Below are positions 19,008 through 28,541 of a stretch of DNA of 53,843 nt, piece by piece. The notes below the pieces were generated by a model that did not search any database, was not told the DNA's origin, and saw only the letters and a list, made by a program, of their open reading frames with translations. Origin of the DNA: Patescibacteria group bacterium (lineage in GTDB: Bacteria > Patescibacteriota > Microgenomatia > UBA10105 > UBA927); NCBI GenBank assembly GCA_035510735.1, contig DATKGN010000002.1, forward strand, positions 69,275 through 123,117, given 5' to 3'. The position numbers were made by a program, and so were the translations under genes. Position 1 is the stretch's first letter. Each line of letters starts with the position of its first letter.

Positions 19008-19967
19008 TTAATGAACGAGCGGCTCATATCGCTCAGCAAAATCGGTTCCCAATCGAAGTGATAAATCGGCTCTGACGCTTTGAGTGCTTAAAAATGTTTT
19101 GCAATGAAACAGCTCCTGGGTGAACGCTGCTGTTTTAGAAGACAACGCGTTACTTGAACCCGTCAGTGTACAACCGGCACGTTCTGTGTTCTCATTGGCA
19201 ACAGCAACGACAAGGGCGCCTCCGGCAGATAAAAACCGCGCAGCACGGTTCCCAAGACCAGGAGTTTGTGTCGTATTATAAATTGCAACAGTTGTCCCCT
19301 CCCGTCTCACATTCTCATCTTCAACAACGTTGTGAAAAGTCAAGTCAACCTGAGCGGGGTCAATCACTTCCTGTTTTGTGCCGTCGGGTTGTGTTACCTC
19401 ACTCGTCACCGGAACGGTTGATAGGTCAACAGGCGTTATCTGATTAATTGGGATCCGCGTTAATTCCCGTACAAACGCGATAAATACCGGAATCGGCATA
19501 TTCGTATCGTACGGATGAAACAAAAAAGATATAACCGATCCCCAGGAAAATACGGACCTGCCGAATGTAACCGGACTTGCTATTCTTGAGAGAGACGTGC
19601 GGCCTACATCAATATACCACGGGGTGATTATCCCTACGGTATCACCTAAACTCTCAGCGACGAGCGAGCCATTTCGCTTATCGATAATACCCAATTGAAA
19701 GAGGGATGCGAGGGAGTAATGGCCGTAGCCGTGTATTGCGTCGACAACGTAAGATGGCGGCGCAGAAATTACGGCACAGGTGTCATCTTTCGTATTGCAG
19801 GACCAGATCACCATCGGATCTCCGACGATCATAGCCGAAATGCGCGTGGGTAATGCTACACCCGATATGGTGAGTATAAAATATACGACCAATGCGCCAA
19901 GTAAGACAGCGATCACGACCGCGATTGATCGCGGACTAACTTGCTCTTGCCTGCGGGCATTTTTCAT
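19008..19967 (-). CDS. membrane-anchored LytR_C-domain protein
   Basis: N-terminal TM segment. C-terminal TVAIYNTTQTPGLGNRAARFLSAGGALVVAVAN matches the LytR C-terminal domain pattern. ATG at 19967; the track start at 19973 is TTG. Confidence 0.6.
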   Translation of the reverse strand: MKNARRQEQVSPRSIAVVIAVLLGALVVYFILTISGVALPTRISAMIVGDPMVIWSCNTKDDTCAVISAPPSYVVDAIHGYGHYSLASLFQLGIIDKRNGSLVAESLGDTVGIITPWYIDVGRTSLSRIASPVTFGRSVFSWGSVISFLFHPYDTNMPIPVFIAFVRELTRIPINQITPVDLSTVPVTSEVTQPDGTKQEVIDPAQVDLTFHNVVEDENVRREGTTVAIYNTTQTPGLGNRAARFLSAGGALVVAVANENTERAGCTLTGSSNALSSKTAAFTQELFHCKTFLSTQSVRADLSLRLGTDFAERYEPLVH

Positions 19968-20113
19968 CACCAATCTTTTTTGCCCTTTTTTATAATCTCA
20001 ACCTGTGGTGGAGCCCACGTAGACCCGCCGAACTGTTTTTGCGCCTTTTTCTCCAGATCTTTCTTCTTCATTTTTTTATTTTCCCCTTTATAAAATCCAC
20101 CGAATGTTGCCAT
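19967..20113 (-). CDS. small Lys-rich protein (48 aa), below the ORF-track cutoff
   Basis: MATFGGFYKGENKKMKKKDLEKKAQKQFGGSTWAPPQVEIIKKGKKDW. SD AAAGGAGGT lies 5 nt upstream, 12 nt after the tgt stop. Its TGA shares one base with the ATG of the next gene (TGATG). Confidence 0.45.
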   Translation of the reverse strand: MATFGGFYKGENKKMKKKDLEKKAQKQFGGSTWAPPQVEIIKKGKKDW

Positions 20114-20124
20114 ATGTACCTCCT

Positions 20125-21558
20125 TTATCTATTGTAAAGCCAGCGCCTCCTGAGATCAAGAAACTGATTGCGTTTAATCGCATCGCGAATCTCCAAAACC
20201 AGCGCGTGCATAAAATGTATGTTGTGAATGGTCGCGAGACGATACCCCAATAACTCGCGAACATGGAAGAGGTGGTGAACATAGGCTTTCGTAAATGTCC
20301 GGCACGTATAGCATGTGCAGGACACATCAACAGCGCGCACATCTGCTGCATTTACCGCTTTTGTAATATCATATGTGAATGTCGGCGATACCTCCGGTCG
20401 GACCAAAAGCCAGCCCATACGGGCGAGGCGGGTCGGTTGCACACAGTCAAATGTATCTATTCCTGCCGCGACAAGCGCGAAAATGTCATCGACCTCCCCT
20501 ACTCCCAATAGGTGACGAGGCTTGTCGTTAGGGAGAAGCGGCACGACCCAGTTCATTGCAGACTCCATCTCTTTTTTACTTTCCCCGACGGAAACACCGC
20601 CGATGGCAAACCCGTCAAAATCCATACGGGATATAAATCTCGCCGACTTTTTCCGGAGATCTTCGTAAACGCTTCCTTGAACTGAACCGTACAAAGCCTG
20701 ATATGGACTTCCTTTGTCATCCCGGGCTTGACCCGGGATCCATGTTATCTTCTCTAGATTCCGGCTCGGGGGCCGGAATGACAACTTGCGGTGCGCCTTC
20801 AAACTCCTTACGGCCCAAGCATGTGTCCGATCCAAAGAAGCCTGTGCTTTCTCATGTGTGACGGGGTACGGCGTACAATCGTCAAATGCGATATGGATGT
20901 CGGCGCCCAAATCCCATTGCCAACCCATGGAGGACTCCGGTGTGAAGATATGTTTGGATCCGTCCCAATGGGACCGGAATTCAACGCCATCGTCGGAAAT
21001 CTTAACTAATTGCGGCTTTTTGCTTTCCGGTTCCGTATCTTTGTCGCCTGAGGTCGGCATGCTTGTTTCTGCGTATCCGCCAACGCTTAGACTATTGCGG
21101 GTGATCCTCCTTCGCCTACGGCTTCGGAGGACAAGCGCGGCAGGCCTGTCCACCGTAGTCCAGTATCCTGGGACGGAGGAGGAACCCGCTGGGAGATCCT
21201 GCGTGACGACGGTACTCGAAAAAGTATGCCTCCCCGGCGCCGTTTTCGCGAGTGAAAACACCTGGAATCCGCCGCTGTCCGTGATTAAGGGTCTGTCCCA
21301 ATGCATAAAATTATGGAGGCCCCCCATTTTTTTGATGACCTCTATCCCCGGCCTGAGATACATGTGATAGGTATTGACGAAATACAAATGAGTTCCTAAA
21401 TCTTTTACTTCTTCGGGGGTGAGCGATTTAACCGATGCCTGCGTGCCGCACGGAACAAACGCCGGGGTTTCAATATCACCGTGAGGCGTATGAATTACTC
21501 CGAGTCTGGCGCCCGATTCTTTGCTTTCAAAAGTGGATTCAAAGGAAAAAGGCTTCAT
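20125..21558 (-). CDS. tgt: queuine tRNA-ribosyltransferase carrying two in-frame insertions
   Basis: ITDSGGFQVFSL, LLGVGEVDD, zinc site CTCYTCRTFTKAYVHHL. At 477 aa it is much longer than the E. coli enzyme because of inserts at about aa 105-183 and 259-282. Confidence 0.9.
   Translation of the reverse strand: MKPFSFESTFESKESGARLGVIHTPHGDIETPAFVPCGTQASVKSLTPEEVKDLGTHLYFVNTYHMYLRPGIEVIKKMGGLHNFMHWDRPLITDSGGFQVFSLAKTAPGRHTFSSTVVTQDLPAGSSSVPGYWTTVDRPAALVLRSRRRRRITRNSLSVGGYAETSMPTSGDKDTEPESKKPQLVKISDDGVEFRSHWDGSKHIFTPESSMGWQWDLGADIHIAFDDCTPYPVTHEKAQASLDRTHAWAVRSLKAHRKLSFRPPSRNLEKITWIPGQARDDKGSPYQALYGSVQGSVYEDLRKKSARFISRMDFDGFAIGGVSVGESKKEMESAMNWVVPLLPNDKPRHLLGVGEVDDIFALVAAGIDTFDCVQPTRLARMGWLLVRPEVSPTFTYDITKAVNAADVRAVDVSCTCYTCRTFTKAYVHHLFHVRELLGYRLATIHNIHFMHALVLEIRDAIKRNQFLDLRRRWLYNR
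20715..20783. repeat. 69-bp palindromic element (TGTCAT...ATGACA family) in frame within tgt
   Basis: TGTCATCCCGGGCTTGACCCGGGATCCATGTTATCTTCTCTAGATTCCGGCTCGGGGGCCGGAATGACA. It forms two 8-bp hairpins and has inverted termini. 69 nt equals 23 codons, encoding SFRPPSRNLEKITWIPGQARDD. Confidence 0.8.
21105..21135. repeat. TTCGC-loop-GCTTC palindromic element (family 1) inside the large tgt insertion
   Basis: TCCTCC TTCGC CTACG GCTTC GGAGGA CAAG. Confidence 0.75.
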
Positions 21559-21633
21559 GATTTATCCCAACCCGTACTCACAATCCCTCCGCAGATGCCG
21601 GAATGTGGGACGACCTCAATTTGTAGCCTTCTA

Positions 21634-23364
21634 TTATCCAAGTCCATGTTCTATTTTTAACCGTGAAATTTTGCCTGCAAGATCGTCAGGGGTTACGCCG
21701 AATTCGGGCAGTAATTTTTCAACAACAGAGAGAGCCGCTTCAAACTCAGGCTGAACGAGCATATGGACCCCCAGTGACTTTAACCGGCTCTGATCCTCCT
21801 CATGGTGAGTACGGCAGATAATTCTGATGTGACGGTTTAACGTTTGGGCATTACTGATCACCATCTCCTGCGTGTGCCGGTCAGGAATTGCGATAATAAC
21901 AGCCCGGGCCTTATCTATCTGGGCATAATCGAGCACATCCTTATCAGCAGGATCGCCGTAAACTACCGAAACACCGTGGGTACGAAGCGATGCAATGGTC
22001 GCCTGGTTGTAATCGACCACAAGATACGGAATCCGTGCCATCTCGAGTGCGCGTCCTATGTATTTACCGACCCGGCCGTAACCGCAGATGACAATATGCC
22101 CTGATATCGACAATTCTTCGCGATTGGGCGACAATTCCTGCTTCGTTGAAAACACTTTTGGCAGCAATTTCCCGAGCGTCTTATAAAAACTATAATAGAC
22201 TGAATGCACATGCGATAAAAAGACCGTCCCGCCGACCATGGTGAAAAAGGTTAATGTCACTAAAAAAACATACCGGTCCTGCGTTAATACACCTGATGAC
22301 AGGCCGTCGCGTGCGATAATAAATCCGAATTCGCTCATCTGCATGAGGGCGACCGCAACGTAAAATGCGGTTTTCCTGTGATTTCCCAAATAGCGGCTCA
22401 AGCCAAACACCAAAAACCATTTAATACCGAGAACACATGCGGTGACCAAAAGTAGGAGTGGCAACATACTGATAATCTCGTGAATGGGAAGTATCATTCC
22501 CAGTGAAACGAAAAATACGACGCCAAAAAGATCCCGAAGCGGCCGAACCTCTGCAAAAATTGCGTGATTTTGACTCGTTTCCGAAATCAGAAGCCCCGCA
22601 ATAAAAGCGCCGAGAGCCGCAGATAATCCAACACTGTAGGTCACAAGTGCAGACAGAAAAACGATACCGATCGTGGACAACAGAAATATTTCCCGGTTTC
22701 CGGCGGTGGCCGCGAGATTTAATGCTCTCGGAATCCCCTTCCGTCCGAGGTAAAAAATGACACACAGGGCGATCGCTGATTTAATAAAACTTCCGCCTAT
22801 AGCGGTAAACAGTTGACCGGCCGAAACGCCGGCGCCAGCGCCAACATGAACAAGAGCCGGCAAGAGAATCATGATAGGAATCACGGAGAGATCCTGAATA
22901 ACTGACCATCCCGTCGCGAGTTCCCCTGGCACACTTTCAAGTTCGCCCCGTTCGGAAAGTACTTTCACAATAATTGCAGTGGACGACAGAGCACCGGCAA
23001 CTGCAATATATAACGCAGGATAAAAACTAAAACCTAAAAAAAGTAAAATAAAGATAAAGACTAAAATCGACAAAAGAATCTGCGTAATTGCGGCCCATGA
23101 GGCCGTTTTCATCACTTTCCGAAGCTTATGGAACGAAAACTCAACACCGATGGTAAAGAGGAGTAGTGTTACCCCTGTATCGGCGATGGTCTGGAGAAAC
23201 GATTGGTTGACCCACGAGGCAAATAGATTACCAAATAAAACCCCCGAAGCAATAAACCCGATGAGGGTCGGTTGTTTGAGCCGTTTTGCGATTAATCCGC
23301 CGGCAATGGCAGAAATAAAAACTAATAAAAGCGTCTCGATGAGGGAAATGCTATGTGGATCCAC
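21634..23364 (-). CDS. CPA2-family cation:proton antiporter with C-terminal TrkA-N/TrkA-C (Kef-like)
   Basis: About 12 TM segments, then a Rossmann motif (VICGYGRVGKYIG) and an RCK C-terminal region. GTG start. Confidence 0.85.
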   Translation of the reverse strand: MDPHSISLIETLLLVFISAIAGGLIAKRLKQPTLIGFIASGVLFGNLFASWVNQSFLQTIADTGVTLLLFTIGVEFSFHKLRKVMKTASWAAITQILLSILVFIFILLFLGFSFYPALYIAVAGALSSTAIIVKVLSERGELESVPGELATGWSVIQDLSVIPIMILLPALVHVGAGAGVSAGQLFTAIGGSFIKSAIALCVIFYLGRKGIPRALNLAATAGNREIFLLSTIGIVFLSALVTYSVGLSAALGAFIAGLLISETSQNHAIFAEVRPLRDLFGVVFFVSLGMILPIHEIISMLPLLLLVTACVLGIKWFLVFGLSRYLGNHRKTAFYVAVALMQMSEFGFIIARDGLSSGVLTQDRYVFLVTLTFFTMVGGTVFLSHVHSVYYSFYKTLGKLLPKVFSTKQELSPNREELSISGHIVICGYGRVGKYIGRALEMARIPYLVVDYNQATIASLRTHGVSVVYGDPADKDVLDYAQIDKARAVIIAIPDRHTQEMVISNAQTLNRHIRIICRTHHEEDQSRLKSLGVHMLVQPEFEAALSVVEKLLPEFGVTPDDLAGKISRLKIEHGLG

Positions 23365-23375
23365 AAATTAATCTG

Positions 23376-23409
23376 CAAATCCGACAAATAAACAAATCCG
23401 ACAAATAAA
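23376..23409. repeat. perfect 2 x 17-bp tandem repeat in the rluA/antiporter intergenic region
   Basis: caaatccgacaaataaa occurs twice. Related inverted copies (atttgtagatttg) lie at about 23449 and 23465, within the rluA 3' end. Confidence 0.9.
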
Positions 23410-23428
23410 TATATGAATTATTTAAATA

Positions 23429-24184
23429 TTAGGTCAATTTTTCATTCATTTGTAGATTTGTAGTATTTGTAGATTTGCGTATTATGCTATCCATATCATC
23501 CGGTATCGGCGCTTCTATTGCAAGTGGAAGAGCGGTTATTGGATGAGTCAATGTCATCTTCCAAGCATGAAGCATAACACGCGGCGCCCAGACGCGGTCG
23601 TTGCGGCTGGTTTTCCTCCCTGCATACAGGTAGTCGCCGACAATCGGGTGATTGATATATTTAAGGTGCACACGAATCTGATGAGTTCTTCCTGTCTCAG
23701 GTGCCAGCGATAGAACGCTCACCTTTTCACCGTGCGTTATAAAACTTGACCCTATGACGCTATAGCGGGTCACTGCATCTTTACCACCCGGGACGATACC
23801 GAAATGCTCCCGGTTCCAAGGCAGCCTTCCGACCGGCGCCCGTATCTCACCCGCTCTCGGCACGACATCTCCATGAACGATCGCAAGATATGTTTTTTTT
23901 ATAACCCGGTCTTTAAACTCCTTTTGAAGAAATTCAAATGCCTGGGGCGTTTTCGCGATAACCAGAATTCCTGAAGTTTCTTTATCAATTCTGTGTACTA
24001 TTCCGGCCCGGCTTTCAAACGAATCACCCCAGGATTCCCCCTCTTTACACTCAATCTGTAATTTTTTTTCAGCCCAATCCTGAATTGTTTCTGTCGTGAC
24101 ACTTTGCGCGCGGTTGACGACAATACCCGGAGGCTTATTGATAACGAGGATGTCATCATCTTCAAAAAGTATCGCAATATCCAT
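23429..24184 (-). CDS. RluA-family pseudouridine synthase
   Basis: HRIDKETSGILV catalytic motif and KTYLAIVHG. ATG 24184 (MDIAILFEDDDILVINKP) is preferred over the TTG at 24199. Confidence 0.85.
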   Translation of the reverse strand: MDIAILFEDDDILVINKPPGIVVNRAQSVTTETIQDWAEKKLQIECKEGESWGDSFESRAGIVHRIDKETSGILVIAKTPQAFEFLQKEFKDRVIKKTYLAIVHGDVVPRAGEIRAPVGRLPWNREHFGIVPGGKDAVTRYSVIGSSFITHGEKVSVLSLAPETGRTHQIRVHLKYINHPIVGDYLYAGRKTSRNDRVWAPRVMLHAWKMTLTHPITALPLAIEAPIPDDMDSIIRKSTNTTNLQMNEKLT

Positions 24185-24200
24185 GAGGTTATTAAACAAG

Positions 24201-24578
24201 TTATTTCACCTGCAACACTGTTTTTTTGGTGTGCTCGCAGTCGGAACAAAGTGTCGCAGTCGGCAGTATCGCAAGTCTGTCCGTATCAATCATTTGTTTA
24301 CAATTCGTACAAAAACCATATGTTCCGTCTGCAATGCGCAGAAGCGCGGCGTCGATATCTGACAATTTTTTATTTAGCTCCTCAACGAGCGCCGCAAACC
24401 GATCGTGACTTGATTCTTCACTCGCTTCACTGTCTGATGCCGCATTATCGTTCACCCGGTCCGGATCAGAAAACGGATCCTGCGCCGTCAGTTGTGCGAT
24501 ACGGTCATTAATATTTTTTTTATCTTCTTCTAAATGTTTCCGTAAATTATCAAGAATTTCACTTGGAAAACTTTGCAT
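24201..24578 (-). CDS. DksA/TraR-family C4 zinc-finger protein
   Basis: CTNCKQMIDTDRLAILPTATLCSDC. SD GGAGG upstream. Confidence 0.8.
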   Translation of the reverse strand: MQSFPSEILDNLRKHLEEDKKNINDRIAQLTAQDPFSDPDRVNDNAASDSEASEESSHDRFAALVEELNKKLSDIDAALLRIADGTYGFCTNCKQMIDTDRLAILPTATLCSDCEHTKKTVLQVK

Positions 24579-25386
24579 ATATTCCTCCCATAAAACCCCG
24601 TACTGACGCCCGTATTCTATAGATCAACGGCCGAACCATCTCCCGTCCTCCCCCGCGAACATAAAAAGCGCCAACTGCTTCTGCGAAAAATGCAATAAGA
24701 ACCCATTGGTTAGCGCTTAAGGAAATCCAGTATACACGAGTTTCTTTGAAAAATTCAAGGGGAAACATGAAAAGACTGTACAATATAAAAAACCACACAC
24801 CGACAATTCCGTACGGCCATTTATTTTTAACGCTTCTGTTTTCAAGAGATGATAACACAATCATGATGACTCCTAGTGCAATCATTTCGTATAATTCGAC
24901 CGGGTGCCTTCGCCCAGCATGCCCTACAAATCGGACAGCCCAGGGAAGAGTCGCCACTTTCCCGATAACGGATCCGTCTAAAAGCGCTCCGATAAGTCCC
25001 ACAACTAACGCCGCCGGAAATGAAAGGGCAAACGCATCGAGAATATGTCCGAGGCGGACCTTCTGCTGCCGGCTCAGGGAAATAAGCGTCAATGTACCTG
25101 CCAAAAATGCACCATAGAGCGACAAACCGGGCTGAACCCATAACGTCACTATTTTAAGCGGCGTTGCCGCAAATAACGGCCAATTAAAATACACGAAGGC
25201 GAGTCTTGATCCGATAAGCGCCGCAAGCGTACTGTAGAACGTCAGATCGAATATCTTATCATCATCAATTGCGTCGCTCCTCAATTTTTTCCAAAACAAA
25301 AAAGAAAAAATACACCAGGCGACGACGATGAACACACTGAAGCTAAATAATTTGAAATAACCTACTGTGATAAGAACGGGCCACAT
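24559..25386 (-). CDS. lgt: prolipoprotein diacylglyceryl transferase
   Basis: Polytopic membrane protein with RRHPVELYE (HPTQLYE-like) and LIGSRLAFV motifs. Confidence 0.75.
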   Translation of the reverse strand: MWPVLITVGYFKLFSFSVFIVVAWCIFSFLFWKKLRSDAIDDDKIFDLTFYSTLAALIGSRLAFVYFNWPLFAATPLKIVTLWVQPGLSLYGAFLAGTLTLISLSRQQKVRLGHILDAFALSFPAALVVGLIGALLDGSVIGKVATLPWAVRFVGHAGRRHPVELYEMIALGVIMIVLSSLENRSVKNKWPYGIVGVWFFILYSLFMFPLEFFKETRVYWISLSANQWVLIAFFAEAVGAFYVRGGGREMVRPLIYRIRASVRGFMGGIYAKFSK

Positions 25387-25396
25387 AGAAATACCT

Positions 25397-26689
25397 TCAC
25401 CTATTATACCGCATCCGGTAGATACCGTACGACATAAGAAGTAAACCGAGAATTAACAAAACGTTTCCAATTCCCAGAGTATCGGCAAGAACGCCGCCCG
25501 CGATAACGGGCACGATGCCGACTCCGCCGACAAACGCAGCAAGAATGCCGTACACACGCCCATGGAGAGATCCGTGAGCCCGTTCCTGAAGCATTGCATT
25601 TGACGGAACGTCTAAAAAGCTGTTGGCTATACCCAAAAGGAAAAATAACACCATGATTGTTGGCAACAAAATGTGCGTCCCGTACAACCACTGCAATTTT
25701 TTGAAAGCAAGCAAATCAGCCAATATTGCGATTATGATAAGGACGCTCCCAGCTCCCTGTACGCCGATATTAATAAGACGTTCAGGTTTGTGTACGTATC
25801 CCACTGTACCCACCCACAGCGCGCCAAATAATATGCCAAGCACCGCGGGTCCTACAATAAATAACGACGCGTCGCGGATATCAATATGAAGCACCCGGTC
25901 GGCAAACCCCGGCCCCAAACTTCCCAAAAGCGCCATAATGATCTGAGTGCCGGTTAAAAGCATGATCGCATTAAAAAGTGCGCTGGACTGCGTTACATAG
26001 CGTACGCCTTCGATAAGTGATTCCCATATTTCTGGGATAACGGCGAAAATATTGTAGCGCATAATATAGTGAAACCCGATCGTGCCTTCGCTTTGTGAAG
26101 AAATTTTTGACGAAAAAAGAGACGCAGTGAGGAATAAACCGGCGATAACGATAAAAATGCCGTACGGTCCGAATATCCGGAGTAAGGGCCCTGCCAAAAT
26201 CGAACCCATAGCCAGACTTGAATAAAACGTCAGAGAAAACAAACTATTTGCCGGTACTAATAACTCCGTGGGAACGATTCTCGGGATAAGCGGTGCTTCT
26301 GACGGAACATAAAACTGCGTAATAACGGCATTAATGAACGTCACGACATAAACAACGACGACCTGCCGCGACAGAAAAAGAAGAATAAAGACAAATAATG
26401 AGCGTACGATATCACAAAGGACAAGTACTCTCCTTTTATCCAGACGGTCGACGACGGTTCCCGCAACCAATCCGAAGATAATAGCAGGGATGCTGTACGC
26501 TAAAAAAATGCCGGAAACGGCTGTATTACTTGTCGTTGTCTGATAGACCCGGAGTGCGAGGACAAAAAGAAGCGTATTCACCGCCAGTTGTGAACAAATC
26601 TGACCGAACCATAACATGCGGAAAGCCGGGAGTCCCAAAACCTGCCGATAGGCGGACTGAGTGCTCCCTAAGTTTGCGTGTATTTTCAT
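25397..26689 (-). CDS. MFS transporter
   Basis: About 12 TM segments with DRLDKRRV between TM2 and TM3. ATG 26689 (MKIHAN) is preferred to the TTG at 26701. Confidence 0.8.
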   Translation of the reverse strand: MKIHANLGSTQSAYRQVLGLPAFRMLWFGQICSQLAVNTLLFVLALRVYQTTTSNTAVSGIFLAYSIPAIIFGLVAGTVVDRLDKRRVLVLCDIVRSLFVFILLFLSRQVVVVYVVTFINAVITQFYVPSEAPLIPRIVPTELLVPANSLFSLTFYSSLAMGSILAGPLLRIFGPYGIFIVIAGLFLTASLFSSKISSQSEGTIGFHYIMRYNIFAVIPEIWESLIEGVRYVTQSSALFNAIMLLTGTQIIMALLGSLGPGFADRVLHIDIRDASLFIVGPAVLGILFGALWVGTVGYVHKPERLINIGVQGAGSVLIIIAILADLLAFKKLQWLYGTHILLPTIMVLFFLLGIANSFLDVPSNAMLQERAHGSLHGRVYGILAAFVGGVGIVPVIAGGVLADTLGIGNVLLILGLLLMSYGIYRMRYNR

Positions 26690-26708
26690 GCTGATGTACA
26701 ATAAATAA

Positions 26709-27182
26709 ATGACTGCAACAGCTCATGCAATCGTTTCGGCTGCTATCGTCGCTGCCATCCCAAATCCTGAAATCGCCCTCCCCTTAGTATTTGCATCGCA
26801 TTTTCTAATGGACGCTATCCCCCATTGGGATTTCGGTACTAACTGGCGTAGCCGCTCAAAGGCAATGACCGGTACAATCGCTGTTTTGGACACTGTCCTG
26901 GGATTTACACTAGCATATTTTATCTTCGGAGGGAAGGTGGGGCTCCCTATGCTCGCGCTTTCGGTAGTTCTCGGAAACCTCCCCGACTGGTTGGAAGCGC
27001 CGTACTATATTTTCTTTGCAAAACAATCAAAAAAAGAACCAGGAAACGGCGCAAGTTTTTGGGAAAAACTGACATACCGAATTTATAAAACGGAAAATGT
27101 GTTTCACACAAAGGCCCAATATCCGTTTGGTCTTATTACACAGGTCTTAACTGTCGTCTTTTTCCTTATTCTTCTCCACTAA
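26709..27182 (+). CDS. small membrane protein, unknown function
   Basis: 157 aa with 4 hydrophobic segments and a His/Asp cluster (SHFLMDAIPHWD). Confidence 0.6.
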   Translation: MTATAHAIVSAAIVAAIPNPEIALPLVFASHFLMDAIPHWDFGTNWRSRSKAMTGTIAVLDTVLGFTLAYFIFGGKVGLPMLALSVVLGNLPDWLEAPYYIFFAKQSKKEPGNGASFWEKLTYRIYKTENVFHTKAQYPFGLITQVLTVVFFLILLH

Positions 27183-27189
27183 CCCTCCC

Positions 27190-28536
27190 TTACCCGTGTT
27201 TTGTCGTACTTGTGAAGCGGAACTTTCCGATGTGAAGTGCCGGCACGACGCTCGGCGACCCCTCAGATCCTTCAAGGACTGCCGTTTTCCCAACAGATTT
27301 AATATTCTTGAATGCCGTAATGACGCTTTCCGTGTAGCGTAAGTTGCGGGCGCGGCCCACTATTTTGCCGTTCTCTATATAAAACGTCCCGTCGCGCGTC
27401 ATGCCGGTCAAAAGTAACTGTTTATGGTGAATCACCCGCGTATACCAAAACCGTGTGACTAATAACCCGCGTTTCACGTTTCTTATCATCTCAGCAACAG
27501 TACTAACGCCTGGTTCTATCATCATATGGGTCGGTATCGGCCCCCAGGTATTCGGCGCAAGGAGCGCATGACCCGTATTCACTTTTTTATGTTTATTTGC
27601 ATGGTAGGAATCGTAGGTTAAACCGGTGAGGACTCCCTTTTCGACAAGAAGATGCTTCTTCTTTGGAGCGCCCTCATAATCAAATGCTAACGGATACCCC
27701 AGCGGGTGGAACGGATCATCGGCAATGGTGAGTGATTCATGGAAAAATTGTTTCCCAAGATTCCCCTGATAAAAACTCACGCCTTCGTGATAAATTCGGG
27801 CATTGGCGCCCAGCCAGGCAAAAAAATCAAGGAGTTCCGCAACGGCCGGGGGCTCCAGAATAACTTCGTATTCTCCTGCCGGCACATCAATGAGCTCTCC
27901 GAGCGTCGCCTTGGCTACAGCAGTTTTTGCCACCTGGTGGGGATCTATCTCCCTCCCTCCTTTAGCGCTTTGGGCTCCATAGCCGCTCCCTTTTTCTCCC
28001 ATCATGATCGTCGAAAGACTCGCGCTTTTGCCTGTTTGATAGCCCCAAACGCCGTTTGAATTGGCTATAGCAATTTCATTTTCAGATTCGGTAAATGCCC
28101 CGCTTGCCACAAGCGATGATTTTTTCGCTTCTTTTATAACAATGCCGACCGCATCTGCCCGCCCGACAGGTCCCACGTGTTTTGTTTTCGCATAATACTT
28201 ATCGGTCTTTTTATACGATGCCTTCTCGGGTAACCCGACAAAAAACGGATCGGCCCGCTGTAGTTTTGCTATCTCAACAGCACGGATCACAACATCACTA
28301 ATTCCTTCTTTATCAATTCTGTTCGTTCTGGCGACTCCTACCTTTTGACCGATACATACACGTACGTGAACCAGGCTGTCATTGAGGAAAACCGACTGAT
28401 GAATCATGGAATTGGCAAACCGCGTCACTTCTTCAACGCCATTGGATATAAGTACCTCACAGGATGTGCTCCCAAGTTTTTTAGCCTGTTGTAAAGCGAT
28501 CGTTGCGCTTTTTTTTAGTTTTGTTGGTCCTATCAT
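27190..28536 (-). CDS. pmbA: PmbA/TldE-family metalloprotease subunit
   Basis: Paralogous to the adjacent TldD. ATG 28536 (MIGPTKLKK) lies 5 nt after the tldD stop. The track extension to 28665 runs into tldD. Confidence 0.85.
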   Translation of the reverse strand: MIGPTKLKKSATIALQQAKKLGSTSCEVLISNGVEEVTRFANSMIHQSVFLNDSLVHVRVCIGQKVGVARTNRIDKEGISDVVIRAVEIAKLQRADPFFVGLPEKASYKKTDKYYAKTKHVGPVGRADAVGIVIKEAKKSSLVASGAFTESENEIAIANSNGVWGYQTGKSASLSTIMMGEKGSGYGAQSAKGGREIDPHQVAKTAVAKATLGELIDVPAGEYEVILEPPAVAELLDFFAWLGANARIYHEGVSFYQGNLGKQFFHESLTIADDPFHPLGYPLAFDYEGAPKKKHLLVEKGVLTGLTYDSYHANKHKKVNTGHALLAPNTWGPIPTHMMIEPGVSTVAEMIRNVKRGLLVTRFWYTRVIHHKQLLLTGMTRDGTFYIENGKIVGRARNLRYTESVITAFKNIKSVGKTAVLEGSEGSPSVVPALHIGKFRFTSTTKHG

Positions 28537-28541
28537 ATTGG

